A stretch of DNA of 64,000 nt from Anthoceros angustus (Eukaryota > Plantae > Anthocerotophyta): assembly GCA_010909165.1 (NCBI GenBank), contig VJWM01000063.1:806001-870000 (forward strand). Direction: 5' to 3'. Below, in pieces: positions 62,557 through 64,000 of this stretch. A program made the position numbers and the translations under genes. Each line of letters begins with the position of its first letter. Position 1 is the first letter of the stretch. Under the pieces are notes generated by a model. The model made no database searches and was not told the DNA's origin. It saw only the letters and a program-made list of their open reading frames with translations.

Positions 62557-64000
62557 GTGTGGAACGCAAAAGTTTGGGCAACCAGCCCAAAAGAGCCGGA
62601 GGAAGAACGAACTTGATTTTTTTTGGCTAAAGACGATTGAAGGGGATCATGCTAGGGAATTTTCTGAAATCCTTAAAGCTGGAGTTGTAGGATACTGTTA
62701 GGGAGGCAGAGAGGATATCTCAAGGAAAAGAAACGGGTCAAAATGACCCTTGGGCGAGATAGGAAGGCGAGAGGAGGAAGCGGTAGGTGGCACGCCGTGA
62801 CCACACCGGTAGGTCGAGGAAGGCGGACTGGGTAGGTCAAGGCGTCTCGGCTAAAAGGGAAATTAGGATAGGAGATATCCACTATATGCCCACCAATAGT
62901 GGACTAGATAAATGGGTCGAATAGGAAATTAAAAGCTAGATTGGGCCGTTAGGAAACTAGGGGAAATAGTATCTTAGTATAAGAGGAATTGGAAACTCCA
63001 ATCAACAGAAAAGGTGCCACGTGGTGCATATCCAAGGGCGAGTAGATTGGTAGTTACCATTCCTAACCCCAAGTTATCTTTATAATCACTGCATGTGTGT
63101 AGGAGGTCACAACTTGAAGGTGAGGAAGCGCCAACACTGCAGGAAGGCGCCGCCACACCAAGAGTCAGAAGAGCCCCACAAGATGATGTACGTACCTGCA
63201 GGTGGATAGAGAAGAGGTGCAAGCTAGGCAGCGAGGAGGAAAATAGGCAAGACAAGTAGGGGTGCAACAAGAGAAGAAGGAAGGAAAGGGCCGGGTGGAA
63301 GGAAGAAGGCAATGCTTGCCCAAGCCCAAAGGAGTGTTGGGAAGAGCAAGGCATGTCAAAATTGAAGAGAAATTATGGAGAAGGGACTCTCAACTTGCTG
63401 GAGAAGATGTAAGAACTGGAACCTTAGAGAATTCCTTCTTTCAAATCACAAAGAATTGGAAACTCGTATGGAAAAGCAAGGGTATAAGAGCTAGGAATTG
63501 TGAGCAAGGGCGAGGTCAAGGCCGGGTGTGTGTGGAAATTGCAAGGAGCTGGAAGGTTCTTGGCATCCATTCAAGATTGTCCATCTCGGGCCAAGCATGG
63601 AAAGACCATTGCCTTTTATGACACTGGAGGACAAGCATCGACCGCAAAGATCAAGGCTGGAGGACTCAAGGAAGAGGAGGAAGGGTAGAACCCGAGGGGT
63701 TGCCGCCGAGGAGGAGGAAACCTCCATGAGCGAGCCCCAGAGGAGCTCAAGAGATGCAGGCGGATAGGGCCAAATGGTGTATAGGGAGACGCCTACCATG
63801 GTAGGTGCACACCCTACCGTGATAGGAACAACACGACAGTGAGTGGGGTACCCACTATAGCTGGGTACCCAAAGACCGTAGGTAGGCAGCCCTCGTTGGT
63901 AGGTAGGCAGCCCACAGCAGGAAGGGAATTGGAGTGCCTAGCACATGTTGCGGTGAAGGCCAAGAAGGATGAAGAAGATAGAGAAGAGATGAAGTTATGG
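62557..64000 (+). mobile_element. Degenerate repeat family, copy 3 (internally deleted; runs off the window)
   Basis: The 5' block matches 24728-25080, and KELEGSWHPFKIVHL matches KELEDAWHPFEVIHL at ~26390. Confidence 0.6.

Overview
A eukaryotic, TE-dominated plant genomic window. It is most likely from a hornwort or another seed-free land plant; this is an inference from the WW-type PLS-PPR editing factors and the 50-140 bp GT-AG introns. The only clearly intact host genes are two tail-to-tail PLS-class PPR RNA-editing factors (41.9-45.2 kb +, 46.0-48.5 kb -), both truncated inside the DYW domain. A complete Ty1/Copia element (30523-39170; LTRs, PBS, PPT, ATATA TSD) carries a nested solo LTR. 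It splits an ALP1-clade PIF/Harbinger transposase gene that retains its DDE triad. The most unusual feature is invisible in the ORF track: a six-exon minus-strand gene (~12.8-14.8 kb) whose spliced product has the motif series of a Crypton-type (DUF3504-like) tyrosine recombinase. It lies in a ~10 kb block with a divergent promoter module and other spliced orphan ORFs. Next to it is a decayed ParB-like + beta-class N6/N4 DNA-methyltransferase ORF (22.2-23.8 kb). Also present are a Sola1-like DDE remnant inside a 5.7 kb inverted-repeat-bounded segment and a three-copy degenerate repeat family. At least six noisy tandem duplications look like long-read assembly artefacts, so many apparent frameshifts may not be real.
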